Shown here one piece after another: positions 1 through 9,835 of a stretch of 64,000 nucleotides of DNA. How positions within the stretch are numbered: the stretch's first letter is position 1; every line of letters begins with the position of its first letter. The stretch comes from Betaproteobacteria bacterium (GTDB lineage Bacteria > Pseudomonadota > Gammaproteobacteria > Burkholderiales > SG8-41): positions 5,441-69,440 of the forward strand of contig JAQGMI010000152.1 of assembly GCA_028292435.1 (NCBI GenBank), in the 5' to 3' direction. Below the pieces are notes generated by a model that had not been told where the DNA came from, did no database searches, and worked only from the letters and a program-made list of their open reading frames with translations. A program made the position numbers and the translations under genes.

Positions 1-1
1 G

Positions 2-340
2 AACGGCGCCAATTGTACGATATCGACCAATAACGTACTCAATCCATTCACGCCGTACGGCGATTGCTCGCTCACGCGCATCGTCAATCTTTACGCGAAC
101 GTCGTGCAGCGCGATGGCCCGAAAGATCTCGGCGTGTGTTTCGAGATGATTACCGATCGCGCGGCGCGACTCATGCGGCTGCCTGACTACGGCATCATGG
201 CGGGCAAAGTGGCTGACCTCGTCGTCTGGGACGAAGAATCGCCGGCCGACATCATCGCTAAATGCGCACTGCCACTCGCGGGCTTCAAGCGCGGACGGCA
301 GCTTTTCTCACGTGATTTGCCAACCCTGATTCGAGCATAA
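2..340 (+). CDS. amidohydrolase-family protein (cytosine-deaminase-like), C-terminal fragment; gene begins upstream of the window
   Basis: Frame is open from the window edge to TAA at 338-340. The tail NNVLNPFTPYGDCSLTRIVNLYANV...DLVVWDEESPADII...GFKRGRQLF resembles C-termini of CodA-type metal-dependent amidohydrolases. Confidence 0.55.
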   Translation, partial: NGANCTISTNNVLNPFTPYGDCSLTRIVNLYANVVQRDGPKDLGVCFEMITDRAARLMRLPDYGIMAGKVADLVVWDEESPADIIAKCALPLAGFKRGRQLFSRDLPTLIRA

Positions 341-343
341 GAA

Positions 344-1294
344 ATGTCACGACATCTCAAGATTGCGTCCGCCCAATTGGGCCCTCTGCATCTCTCCGAT
401 ACTCGCAGCTCGGCGACCAAGCGGCTGGTGAACCTGTTGCGCGAAGCGCACGGCATGGGTGCCAAGTTCGTCGTCTTTCCCGAACTTGCGTTCACCACGT
501 TCTTTCCGCGTTACTGGTATGACAGCCAGACGGAGGCCGATTCGAAATTTTACGAAGCGTCTATCCCGTCAGCCGAGACTCAACCGCTGTTCGACGAAGC
601 AAAAAAGCTGGGCATCGGCTTTTATATCGGCTATGCGGAATTGACGCAGGAAGAAGGCCGCACGCACCGCTTCAACACGGCGATTCTGGTCGGGCCCGAC
701 GGGACGCTCGTCGGCAAGTACCGCAAAATCCATTTGCCGGGACACGCCGAGCACAAGCCGCAAGCCGCGTTCCAGCATCTCGAGAAGAAATATTTTGAAG
801 TCGGCAATCTCGGCTTCAGGGTCTGGCGTTTCATGGACACGATTACCGGCATGCTGATCTGCAACGACCGGCGGTGGCCCGAGGCGTTTCGCGTGCTCGC
901 GCTGCAGGGCGCCGAGATCGTCGCTCTGGGTTTCAACACGCCCAGCGAGAACCTGCATTATCCCGAGCCGCCGGCGCTGCGCGTGCATCATCATCTGATC
1001 ATGGCGCAGTCGATGGCGTTTCAGAATGCAACGTGGCTCGTCGAGACCGCGAAATGCGGCTTTGAAGACGGCAACCGCATGTTCGGACATTCGGTGATCG
1101 TCGCACCGACCGGCGAGATTGCGGCGCAGTCATTGACTGAAGAGGATGAGGTGATTTGCGTCAACGCCGACATCGACCTCGCCGCCAACCTGAAGCGCAC
1201 GATGTTCGATTTCGCCGCGCATCGCCGCCCCGAACACTACCAATTGATCGTCGAGCGCGTCGGCGCGGAAGTCACGCCGGCAAAAGGACCTTAA
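344..1294 (+). CDS. carbon-nitrogen hydrolase family, N-carbamoyl-D-amino-acid hydrolase-like
   Basis: 316 aa. Glu-Lys-Cys triad contexts are visible: VVFPELAFTTFFPRYW (Glu), GKYRKIHLPG (Lys), MLICNDRRWPE (Cys). Starts 4 nt after the preceding amidohydrolase stop. Confidence 0.85.
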   Translation: MSRHLKIASAQLGPLHLSDTRSSATKRLVNLLREAHGMGAKFVVFPELAFTTFFPRYWYDSQTEADSKFYEASIPSAETQPLFDEAKKLGIGFYIGYAELTQEEGRTHRFNTAILVGPDGTLVGKYRKIHLPGHAEHKPQAAFQHLEKKYFEVGNLGFRVWRFMDTITGMLICNDRRWPEAFRVLALQGAEIVALGFNTPSENLHYPEPPALRVHHHLIMAQSMAFQNATWLVETAKCGFEDGNRMFGHSVIVAPTGEIAAQSLTEEDEVICVNADIDLAANLKRTMFDFAAHRRPEHYQLIVERVGAEVTPAKGP

Positions 1295-1313
1295 CGTCCT
1301 TCGCTCTCTCGCG

Positions 1314-2318
1314 CTACTGCGCCTGCATGCCCGCGGCCTTCGCGGCCTTTTTATAGCGCTCGATTTCCTTTGGCAGAAGATCGTTCAACGGCGCGCCGGT
1401 AATAACCCACGGCTCGCAGCTTTGCTCGCTTAGAAACTTCTTCATGTCGGCACTCGCGAGCATGTGCGTGATTGCGGCGGCGATAAAGTTGCGGCGCTCG
1501 GCAGCAATGCCGGCCGGCGCGAATATCGCCCACCACAACTCATAGCTGTAGCCAGGCACGCCTGACTGCGCGATCGCCGGCAGTCCCGGCAGCAGGTTCG
1601 ACGGTTCAAGACTCGTGACGCCGAGCGCGCGCAGCCGGCCCGATTTAACCTGCGGACTGACCGCGGGCGAGCTCGCGAACAACAGCTCGACTTCGCCCGA
1701 CATGACGGAAATAGCTGCCTCGGCGACGCCTTTGTATGGGATATGCGTGAGCGTGATGCCGGCCGCGGTTGCGAACAGCGACGCGGCGAAATGATTGTTG
1801 CCGCCGGTGCCGGCTGACGAATAATTGAGCTTGCCGGGATTCACCTTGGCGAGTGCAACCAGCTCCTTGACCGATTTCGCCGGCAGCGACGGATGCACGA
1901 CCAGTACCAGCGGCGTCTTCGCCACGCTGGCAACCGGCACGATGGATCGCGCAGGATCGAACGGCAGCTTCTCCCGAATCGCCGCAGTGGCCGGATACGA
2001 CGAGGTGTGGCCGAGCAAGGTGTAACCATCGGGTTCGGCCTTGGCGACGAGTTCCGTGCCGATCATGCCGCTCGCGCCGGCGCGATTGTCGACGATCACA
2101 TTCTTGCTCCACGCCTCCGCCAGCCGCTGCGCCACCGCGCGCATGACGACATCGGCGCCTCCGCCCGCCGTATAGGGCACGACCATTTGCACTGTCTTGA
2201 CCGGATATGCCGGCTGCGCTGATGCATGCGGCACAGCAGACATCGCCGCTGTACATCCAAGCACTGCCGCGCGCCATCGCGATATCAATTCGGGCACGGC
2301 GCGCCTGCGTTCATCCAC
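1314..2318 (-). CDS. Bug/TctC-family periplasmic solute-binding protein
   Basis: 334 aa with a signal-peptide-like N-terminus. Family motifs present: TAGGGADV..R, VDNRAGASG, HIPYKG, SGRLRALGV. The exact start is uncertain (34-nt overlap with the upstream gene). Confidence 0.85.
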   Translation of the reverse strand: MDERRRAVPELISRWRAAVLGCTAAMSAVPHASAQPAYPVKTVQMVVPYTAGGGADVVMRAVAQRLAEAWSKNVIVDNRAGASGMIGTELVAKAEPDGYTLLGHTSSYPATAAIREKLPFDPARSIVPVASVAKTPLVLVVHPSLPAKSVKELVALAKVNPGKLNYSSAGTGGNNHFAASLFATAAGITLTHIPYKGVAEAAISVMSGEVELLFASSPAVSPQVKSGRLRALGVTSLEPSNLLPGLPAIAQSGVPGYSYELWWAIFAPAGIAAERRNFIAAAITHMLASADMKKFLSEQSCEPWVITGAPLNDLLPKEIERYKKAAKAAGMQAQ

Positions 2319-2857
2319 GTTCTGAATGCCGCGACGGTTGCCGCTCGCGTCGCTGGCGGTGCCGTGCGATTGCCGCCAGGTGCCCAGCCCCAGGCAACCT
2401 GCCGGTTGTCACGAATATGCGCCATCATTGCCTGAAGGTTTTTACCGCCCGTCGCCTTCGGATTTTTGATCGTGCGGCACAGATCGCCCGCACTCAAGCC
2501 GAAGAAAACCATTTTCATTTCGGGCGGCGGCAAGTGCCAGTCCGGCGAACCCGGCGGTGAGTTCGGCCCATAGCTGAGCGGAAGGTTCCGATTCAGGTGA
2601 CACGAGCTGCACTCGCTGGCAACCGCGCCGCGGCCGGTCGGACCGCGCACCGCGTTCTGATTGTGCTCGACACTGTCTTCGCCTTGCAGCGGCTGGTCGC
2701 CCGGCACGTGGCAGTTTTGGCAGCGCGGATGCTGGAGCACCGAGCGCACGACTTCGAATGCGCGAAGAGCGCTGTCGTTGGACGATGGGGTTTGCGCCGG
2801 CACATCGGTTGCCATGAAGGCGAGCAACGCGACAGGAACAGAGATTGAGCGAATCAT
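2285..2857 (-). CDS. secreted protein with two CxxCH haem-c motifs (dihaem cytochrome-c-like)
   Basis: 190 aa. Signal peptide MIRSISVPVALLAFMATDVPAQ. Motifs CQNCH and CSSCH. Confidence 0.5.
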   Translation of the reverse strand: MIRSISVPVALLAFMATDVPAQTPSSNDSALRAFEVVRSVLQHPRCQNCHVPGDQPLQGEDSVEHNQNAVRGPTGRGAVASECSSCHLNRNLPLSYGPNSPPGSPDWHLPPPEMKMVFFGLSAGDLCRTIKNPKATGGKNLQAMMAHIRDNRQVAWGWAPGGNRTAPPATRAATVAAFRTWMNAGAPCPN

Positions 2858-2900
2858 TGGTTATTTTCCTTTTTATTGTGATGCGTATCCGGGACAGTCG

Positions 2901-3926
2901 TCATAGTTTGCCCAACGCCGCGTTCAACTCCGCGAGATTCTCCCATTTCATTTCGCGCCGGCCGCTTTCAATCTCGTCGAACATATTCATCTGCAATGCG
3001 TTCAGCGGCGTTGGCACGTCGTGGCGCGCACCCGTGCGGACGATCTCGCCGGTCACGTATTCAAGCTCGGTCTTGCGCTTGCGCACGACGATGTCGCGCC
3101 AATAACCGGTGCGCACGCGCGTGTTGTTGTGCGCCTGGCCGCGCGCCATCTCATCGAGCACCTCGAATGCCTTCGCGACACCGGCGGGAGACGGATCGAG
3201 AAACGGCGCGGGATCGAAATGCGCGAACGCTTCGACCCTGACGCCGTCCGCCGCGGCAGCCATGATGCCCTCTCGCAGCAGTTGGATGCGAACCGGGTGA
3301 TAAGCCTGATCGGCTCGCAGCTTCAGCGCATCGGTATCGACCAGCGCCGTCGTTGCATCAACCGTGCCTTTGCAGATTTTCGCCCACACGCAGCCCATGA
3401 TATTGCCGCGCGTGAACGCCGGCACCGACAACCCGAGCAGACGGCGGATCTCTTCGAGTCGCGGCGTGATGCGATCGTCGAGCTCGCCCACGAAGAAATT
3501 CCCCGCACGGCCGCGCATGATTTCGCCCGGCCCCTGATAGTCTGAAGACACATCGACGAGGCAGCCGATCGTGCGATCCACGCCGATGCGCCTGGCAATA
3601 TGCGGCTCGTTGACGCCGTTCTGCAGCGACACGACCGCGGATTGCGGCGTCAGATGCGGCAAGATCATTTCGATTGCGGCATCGCGGTATTGCGATTTCA
3701 CCGCCAGAAAAACGACATCGAACGTGCCGGCCACCTGCGCCGGCAAGGCCGCGCGCGCCGGCACGCGCTGTTCGCCATTGCCGAATTTAACCAGCAAACC
3801 GCGTTCGTTGATCGCGTTGATGTGCTCGGGCACGATATCGACCAGCAGCACATCTTCGCCGGCAGCCGCCATGCCAGCGCCCGCGACGCCGCCGATGGCG
3901 CCGCATCCCCACACTGCAATTTTCAT
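2901..3926 (-). CDS. 2-dehydropantoate 2-reductase (ApbA/PanE) family oxidoreductase
   Basis: 341 aa. N-terminal Rossmann motif MKIAVWGCGAIGG. Length and layout are typical of ketopantoate reductases. Confidence 0.75.
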   Translation of the reverse strand: MKIAVWGCGAIGGVAGAGMAAAGEDVLLVDIVPEHINAINERGLLVKFGNGEQRVPARAALPAQVAGTFDVVFLAVKSQYRDAAIEMILPHLTPQSAVVSLQNGVNEPHIARRIGVDRTIGCLVDVSSDYQGPGEIMRGRAGNFFVGELDDRITPRLEEIRRLLGLSVPAFTRGNIMGCVWAKICKGTVDATTALVDTDALKLRADQAYHPVRIQLLREGIMAAAADGVRVEAFAHFDPAPFLDPSPAGVAKAFEVLDEMARGQAHNNTRVRTGYWRDIVVRKRKTELEYVTGEIVRTGARHDVPTPLNALQMNMFDEIESGRREMKWENLAELNAALGKL

Positions 3927-3933
3927 ATAGCCA

Positions 3934-4896
3934 CTACTCCGGTTTAATGCCGGCCGCTTTCACGACGCGGGCAGCGCGCGCGACTTCGTCGCGGATGTAC
4001 TTGCCGAACTCTTCGGGCGTATTGGTTTCGGGGTCCGTGCCTTGTGCAATCAGCGCCTGGCGGATATCCGGCGCGTTGACCACCTTGACCACGGCGGCAT
4101 TGATGCGCGCGACGATGTCTTTCGGCGTGCCGGCGGGGAGCAGCACGCCGATCCACGAACGCGATTCATACTTCGACACGGTCTCAGCAATCGTCGGCAC
4201 TTCAGGCAACGACGGATGGCGCCTGGGGCTCGTCACGCCGAGCGCGCGCAGGCGCCCGGACTTGTAGTACGGATGTGCGCTCGCGATGGCCGGATACATG
4301 AGATCGAGCTGACCGCCGATCAGATCAGTCAGCGCGAGGCCGACACCTTTATACGGAACGTGAATCATCCGGGTGTCGGTCATCATCATGAAGAGTTCGC
4401 CCGACAGGTGCGCCGCACTGCCGATACCGCCCGAGCCGAAGTTGAGCTTATCGGGCTGGGCCTTTGCGATCGCGATGAACTCCCTGACGGATTTCGCGGG
4501 CACGTTCGGGTGCACGACCAGGATGAACGACGACTGGTAGACGAGGCTCACCGGTGCGAAGTCCTCGACGATATCGTGCGGGACTTTTTTCATGATACTT
4601 GCGTTGACCGTGTTCTGGCCCGTGCCGAACAGCCATGTGTAGCCATCCGCGGGCGCTCGCGCCACGACTTCGGCGCCGATCATCGCATTGGCGCCGGAGC
4701 GATTCTCGACCACAACCTGCCGGCCGAGCACTTCAGTCAGTTTGGGCGCAATAATGCGCGCCACGACATCGGGACCGCCGCCGGGCGCCGTCGGCACCAC
4801 GAAACGAATTGCGCGCGTCGGATAATGTTGCGCGTGCGCGGCTGCGCATATCAGGAGACCGGTGAATATGAGTACAGCAAACTGCCTCATCCTCAC
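3934..4896 (-). CDS. Bug/TctC-family periplasmic solute-binding protein
   Basis: 320 aa with a signal peptide. Motifs APGGGPDVVAR, VENRSGANA, HVPYKG, SGRLRALGV. Confidence 0.9.
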   Translation of the reverse strand: MRMRQFAVLIFTGLLICAAAHAQHYPTRAIRFVVPTAPGGGPDVVARIIAPKLTEVLGRQVVVENRSGANAMIGAEVVARAPADGYTWLFGTGQNTVNASIMKKVPHDIVEDFAPVSLVYQSSFILVVHPNVPAKSVREFIAIAKAQPDKLNFGSGGIGSAAHLSGELFMMMTDTRMIHVPYKGVGLALTDLIGGQLDLMYPAIASAHPYYKSGRLRALGVTSPRRHPSLPEVPTIAETVSKYESRSWIGVLLPAGTPKDIVARINAAVVKVVNAPDIRQALIAQGTDPETNTPEEFGKYIRDEVARAARVVKAAGIKPE

Positions 4897-6560
4897 TTGC
4901 TGCTCATGCCGTAGATATCACGCGCCGCCTTATTGGAAATTTTGCCCTCGATGAGATCGCGCTTGACCGCAGCCGGATCGCGATCGCGCGGATCGCCGTA
5001 ACCGCCGCCGCCCGGCGACATTACGCGCAGCAAATCGCCGTTGGCGAACGGGGTGCCCGACGTCGTCATCGGCAGGCGTGTCTCGTCCGCCTTGCCCGGA
5101 TTGCGAATAAAGGTACCAAGGCCGCCGGGATTACCGCCGGCCATGCCGGGCGCTGGAAATTTCTGGCGCGAACTCCTAAGCGACACACCGGCGTTGTCGG
5201 CGAGCAATCGCATGTCGCGCACAATGCCCATGCCGCCGCGAAACGTGCCCGCGCCGCCCGAATCCGTAACGAGCTCATAGCGCTCGATGCGCAGCGGAAA
5301 TTCCATCTCCATCGCTTCGACCGGCAGGTTCGACGTGTTGGTCATGTTGATCATGACGACATCCATGCCGTCGGCGCTGCAGCGCGCGCCCTGCCCGCCG
5401 GCGAGATTTTCGTAGTTGATGAAATAGCGGCCCGTGTGCGGATCGGCGCCCGCGCTGATGCAGCCCTGTCCCGGCCCGCCGGCGGCGACACTACGCGTCG
5501 GCGCGGCCTGACCTAGCGCATTGTTGATCGCTTCGGCGAGAATCATCGACGTCATGTTGCGTGAACTCACTGCCGCCGGTGCCACCGGATTTACGACCAG
5601 TTTTTCGGGCGCAATAATTGTCACCGCGCGATACAGGCCTTCATTCGTCGGGGCAAACGGATCGACGACCGACTTGAGACAAAAATAGGCGGTCGCGTAG
5701 CAATGCGTAAGCGGCACGTTCTTGCCGCTACCCAATTGCGGCGAACAGTCCGACAGGTCGAACGTCAGATGGCCGTCCTTGATCGTGACCGTGACGGCGA
5801 GCTTGACGCGCTCGCCCGTGACGCCGTCTTCGTCGAGCCAGTCGACTGCGCTATACGTGCCTTCTTTCAATACACTGCGTATGCCACTGCGCACGCGCCG
5901 CTCGGTCGCATCGAGCATTTCTTCGATGCAGGTGAGCATCGTCTCACGGCCGTATTTCTGAAAGAGATCCTGCACGCGTGCCGTACCGCGACTGCACGAC
6001 GCCATCTGCGCCATCAAGTCGCCTTCGCTGTAATGGGGCATGCGCGAATTCAGGTAAAACATCTCGAGCACGTCGGCGCGCGGCTTGCCGGCTGTGTAAA
6101 TCTGCACCGGCGGCACGCGAATGCCTTCCTGAAAAATGCTGACGCTGTCGCCCGCTTCGCTGCCGGGCACGCGGCCGCCGACATCCGAATGGTGCGCGAC
6201 CGCCGCCGTGAACGCGACGAGCCGGCCATCATGGAAGATCGGCGTTGCGACCGTGCAGTCGTTCAGATGCGTGACGCCGACGATGTACGGATCGTTGGCC
6301 AGGAACGCATCGCCCGGCTGCAATGTCTCCGCTGGAAATCGCTTGAGAATCGCCGCCGCCATGCGCAGCGTCGAACCGAGGTGCGCCGGCGCGTTCGTCA
6401 TCAGCGACATCGCGCGTCCTTCTGCGTCGCAGATCGCCGTCGAGCAGTCGGCGCGCTCCTTGATATTCGGCGAAAATGCCGTGCGCACCAGGCTCGCTGC
6501 CATTTCGTGCGTCGCCGCTTCGAAAGCGGCGGCGATGATTTCGAGTTGAGGATGGGCCAA
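4893..6560 (-). CDS. hydantoinase B/oxoprolinase family protein
   Basis: 555 aa. The C-terminal SPGGGGYGDPRDRDP signature is typical of HyuB/OplaH-B. Its stop overlaps the downstream Bug gene start by 4 nt. Confidence 0.9.
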   Translation of the reverse strand: MAHPQLEIIAAAFEAATHEMAASLVRTAFSPNIKERADCSTAICDAEGRAMSLMTNAPAHLGSTLRMAAAILKRFPAETLQPGDAFLANDPYIVGVTHLNDCTVATPIFHDGRLVAFTAAVAHHSDVGGRVPGSEAGDSVSIFQEGIRVPPVQIYTAGKPRADVLEMFYLNSRMPHYSEGDLMAQMASCSRGTARVQDLFQKYGRETMLTCIEEMLDATERRVRSGIRSVLKEGTYSAVDWLDEDGVTGERVKLAVTVTIKDGHLTFDLSDCSPQLGSGKNVPLTHCYATAYFCLKSVVDPFAPTNEGLYRAVTIIAPEKLVVNPVAPAAVSSRNMTSMILAEAINNALGQAAPTRSVAAGGPGQGCISAGADPHTGRYFINYENLAGGQGARCSADGMDVVMINMTNTSNLPVEAMEMEFPLRIERYELVTDSGGAGTFRGGMGIVRDMRLLADNAGVSLRSSRQKFPAPGMAGGNPGGLGTFIRNPGKADETRLPMTTSGTPFANGDLLRVMSPGGGGYGDPRDRDPAAVKRDLIEGKISNKAARDIYGMSSK

Positions 6561-6618
6561 AACCTGGTTCCTTATTAAACCGTCAAGTCAAAAAACGTCG
6601 ATTGAGCCAGCGATGGAC

Positions 6619-8718
6619 TCAAACTTTCGCGAGCGTCAGCAGGAGATTGCCGGCATCGTCGACGCGCACGTTGAAATCAGGCGGCACGACGGTCGTGCAA
6701 TCCATCTGCTCGACAATCGCCGGTCCGCGGAATGTATCGGCGGGCTTGAGCGCGTCGCGATCGTAAACCGGACACTCGACAAAGCCGCATGATTTGTCGA
6801 AATACACCTTGCGCGTCGCCGCCGGGGTGAGCGCGCCTTTACGTGCGGTCGCCTGCGCGCCGCCGAAGTCGCCGCGCGCGACGCTGGTCCGCGCGCGCAG
6901 CCGGAACGTTACGAGTTCAATCGGTTTTTCCGGCGAGTCGTAGCCGAACATGCCGCGATGCGCCGCGTTGAAATTCGCTTTCGTCGCCGCCAGCGCCTTT
7001 GCGTCAAAAACACCGCCCGGCACTTCGACCGTGAGCTCATGGTTTTGTCCGGCGTAACGCGCATCGACGGTACGTTCGAGCGTCACTTTCGAGGCGGCCA
7101 CTTTCTCGCCGCTGAATGCAGCGCGTCCTTTTACTTCGAGTTCGCGAAATACGCCGTCAACGGCAGCAAGACAATCCGCGGCTGACTCGGTCGTCATTCG
7201 CGTGCGGCTGAAATCCGCCTGCAGATCGTTGACCAATACGCCCATTGCGCACAGCACGCCGGGCGCCGGCGGGACGAGCACGCCGGCAACGCCGAGGTTG
7301 CGCGCCACCGCGGCAGCGTGCACCGGACCTGCGCCGCCAAACGCGACGAGCATGAAATCACCCGGGTCGAGGCCGCGCTCCACCGAAACGAAACGCACGG
7401 CGTGCGCCATGTTGGTGTCCGCGATTGCGATGATCGACGCGGCGGCCTCGACGACATCGATGCCGCGCGGTTTTGCGATGTCGCGGGCGATCACCTCACG
7501 CGACCGCGCCGCATCGATTTTCAGCGCGCCGCCGAGCAGAAATTCCGGGTTCAAGCGGCCGAGCACGACATTCGCATCGGTCACGGTCGGCTTGTCGCCG
7601 CCGTTGCCGTAACAGGCCGGTCCCGGGCGCGCGCCGGCACTGTGCGGTCCAACGTACAGCATGCCACCGGCGTCGAGGCCGGCGATGCTGCTGCCGCCGG
7701 CGCCGACCGTATGCACGTCGAGCGCGGCCGCTTTCAACGGGCAGCCGTTGATGATGCGGCTGTGCGAAAGCTGCGGCTTGCCATTCTGGATAAGGCACAC
7801 ATCGGTGCTCGTGCCACCCATGTCGAATGTGATGATGTTGGCGTGGCCGCCGCGTGCGGCAACATAGATGGCGCCGCTGACGCCGCCGCTCGGGCCGGAG
7901 AACAGCGTATCGATCGGCCGCTCGCCCGCCTGCTCCGGCGTCATGATGCCGCCGCCCGAATTCATGATGAACGGCGCCTCGGGAACCCCGATCCCGCTGA
8001 CCTCCGTTTCGAACGCGCGGAAATATTCCCGCGTGACCGGCATCAGGTATGCATTGACGACGGTCGAACTCAAGCGCTCGTACTCGCGGAATTCCGGCAG
8101 CACGTCGACCGAGACGGACACGTGGGCAGCCGGCCAGCGCTTGCGCAGCGCATCCGCAATGGCGCGTTCGTGCGCCGGGTTTGCATAGGAATTCAACAGG
8201 CACACGGCGATCGCCTTGACGCCCGCCGCCTGCAGCGCATCGATTGCCTGGTCAAGGCTCGACGGATCGAGCGGCGTGATCACGTCACCGCTGGCCGCAA
8301 TGCGCTCGACAACTTCGCGGCGCAATTGACGCGGCACGAGTGGCGCGGGTTTTGAAACGAACGGATCGAAAGTGTGCGGGCGGATCTGGCGCGCTATTTC
8401 CAGCAGGTCGCGAAACCCCGCCGTCGTGATGAGGCCGGTCAGCGCGCCCTTGCGCTCGAGCAGCGCATTGGTCATCACGGTTGTGCCGAGGCCGACAAAC
8501 GCGACTTGCGCACCCTGGCCGCCGATTTTGGCAAGAATTTCGCGAATTCCCGCAAGCGGTGCGCGGTGCGGCTCGCCCGGCGTCGACAGCAGCTTGTGGC
8601 GCGCGACCGCCCCGCTCTGAGCGTCGAGCAGAAACAGATCCGTGAAAGTACCGCCGACGTCGATGCCGATGCGATAGCGGGGTGATACGGGTTGCGAATT
8701 CAAAATAGGTTTACTCAA
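6619..8718 (-). CDS. hydantoinase A/oxoprolinase family protein
   Basis: 699 aa. Sugar-kinase-fold phosphate motifs RIGIDVGGTFTDL and FDMGGTSTDV. Adjacent to the B subunit. Confidence 0.9.
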   Translation of the reverse strand: MSKPILNSQPVSPRYRIGIDVGGTFTDLFLLDAQSGAVARHKLLSTPGEPHRAPLAGIREILAKIGGQGAQVAFVGLGTTVMTNALLERKGALTGLITTAGFRDLLEIARQIRPHTFDPFVSKPAPLVPRQLRREVVERIAASGDVITPLDPSSLDQAIDALQAAGVKAIAVCLLNSYANPAHERAIADALRKRWPAAHVSVSVDVLPEFREYERLSSTVVNAYLMPVTREYFRAFETEVSGIGVPEAPFIMNSGGGIMTPEQAGERPIDTLFSGPSGGVSGAIYVAARGGHANIITFDMGGTSTDVCLIQNGKPQLSHSRIINGCPLKAAALDVHTVGAGGSSIAGLDAGGMLYVGPHSAGARPGPACYGNGGDKPTVTDANVVLGRLNPEFLLGGALKIDAARSREVIARDIAKPRGIDVVEAAASIIAIADTNMAHAVRFVSVERGLDPGDFMLVAFGGAGPVHAAAVARNLGVAGVLVPPAPGVLCAMGVLVNDLQADFSRTRMTTESAADCLAAVDGVFRELEVKGRAAFSGEKVAASKVTLERTVDARYAGQNHELTVEVPGGVFDAKALAATKANFNAAHRGMFGYDSPEKPIELVTFRLRARTSVARGDFGGAQATARKGALTPAATRKVYFDKSCGFVECPVYDRDALKPADTFRGPAIVEQMDCTTVVPPDFNVRVDDAGNLLLTLAKV

Positions 8719-9673
8719 TGCGAATATTGGCGGCCTTGATGATTTTGCCGTACAGCGCGGTTTCCTGCTTTACATAGTCCATGAACTGCTGCGGCGTGTT
8801 GGTTGCCGCTTCGGCGCCCTGCGTGATCACGAGTTCCTTCACATCGGGCAGCGCCATGATGCGCGTGATATCCGCGAGCAGCTTGCTCACGATGGGCTGC
8901 GGCATGTTGGCCGGGCCGACCACGCCCCACCACGAAATCGATTCATATTGCAGGCCCGACTCGAGTACCGTCGGCACGTCCTGCAGCAGGCGGTAACGCT
9001 GCTTGCCGGTCGTCGCCAGCACGCGCAGCTTGTTTGCCTGCACTTTCGGCAGTGCCGAGGGCATGCTGTCCACCATGAACGAAACATGGCCGCCGACGAG
9101 ATCGATCTGCGCCTGTGAGCTGCCTTTGTACGGAATATGGAGCACGTTGATGCCCGCCACGTTTTTAAAGTATTCGCCGGCCAGATGCGTCGTCGCGCCG
9201 ATGCCGGCGGATGCAAACGTCAATTCGCCCGGACGGCGCTTCGCCAGCGCAATCAGTTCCTTGACCGTCGTCGCCGGCACGGAAGGATGCACGACGAGTA
9301 TGTTCGGGCTCGCCGCGACGAGCGTGATGAAGGTGAAATCTTTCAGCGTGTCGAACGGCAGTTTCGAATAAAGGTTGGGAACGATCGCATGCGTGCTCGG
9401 CGCCACCAGCAATGTATAGCCGTCGGGTGGCGCCTTGGCCACCAGATCGGTCGCAATGTTGCCGCCTGCACCCGGACGATTATCGACGACGACCTGCTGG
9501 CCCCAGATTTCGCCGAGTTTTTTGCCGACGATGCGGCCGAGCAGATCTGTGCCGCCGCCCGGCGTGTAGCCGACGATGATGCGCACGGGTTTGGCCGGGT
9601 AATCCTGCGCCTGCGCCGGCAAAAAGAACGAGAACGAACAGACAAGACCGCTGAGCACTGGTGCAATTCGCAT
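8711..9673 (-). CDS. Bug/TctC-family periplasmic solute-binding protein
   Basis: The ORF track extends to 9808, but a signal peptide (MRIAPVLSGLVCSFSFFLPAQA) begins at the Met at 9673. Motifs TPGGGTDLLGR, VDNRPGAGG, HIPYKG. Confidence 0.85.
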   Translation of the reverse strand: MRIAPVLSGLVCSFSFFLPAQAQDYPAKPVRIIVGYTPGGGTDLLGRIVGKKLGEIWGQQVVVDNRPGAGGNIATDLVAKAPPDGYTLLVAPSTHAIVPNLYSKLPFDTLKDFTFITLVAASPNILVVHPSVPATTVKELIALAKRRPGELTFASAGIGATTHLAGEYFKNVAGINVLHIPYKGSSQAQIDLVGGHVSFMVDSMPSALPKVQANKLRVLATTGKQRYRLLQDVPTVLESGLQYESISWWGVVGPANMPQPIVSKLLADITRIMALPDVKELVITQGAEAATNTPQQFMDYVKQETALYGKIIKAANIRIE

Positions 9674-9835
9674 GGCAACTCTCCAACGATGCGGCGCACG
9701 AACGCACCGCGTTGATCGGAACAGCTTGCTCCTGTCTCTGGTCTTTGGTTTGCCCTGCCCGGTGCGACCGCTCGCGCGGTGCCTGAAGAGGTGCTGATGC
9801 TTGTGCAAATGATTATACCGATTACGCGCCGTCGC

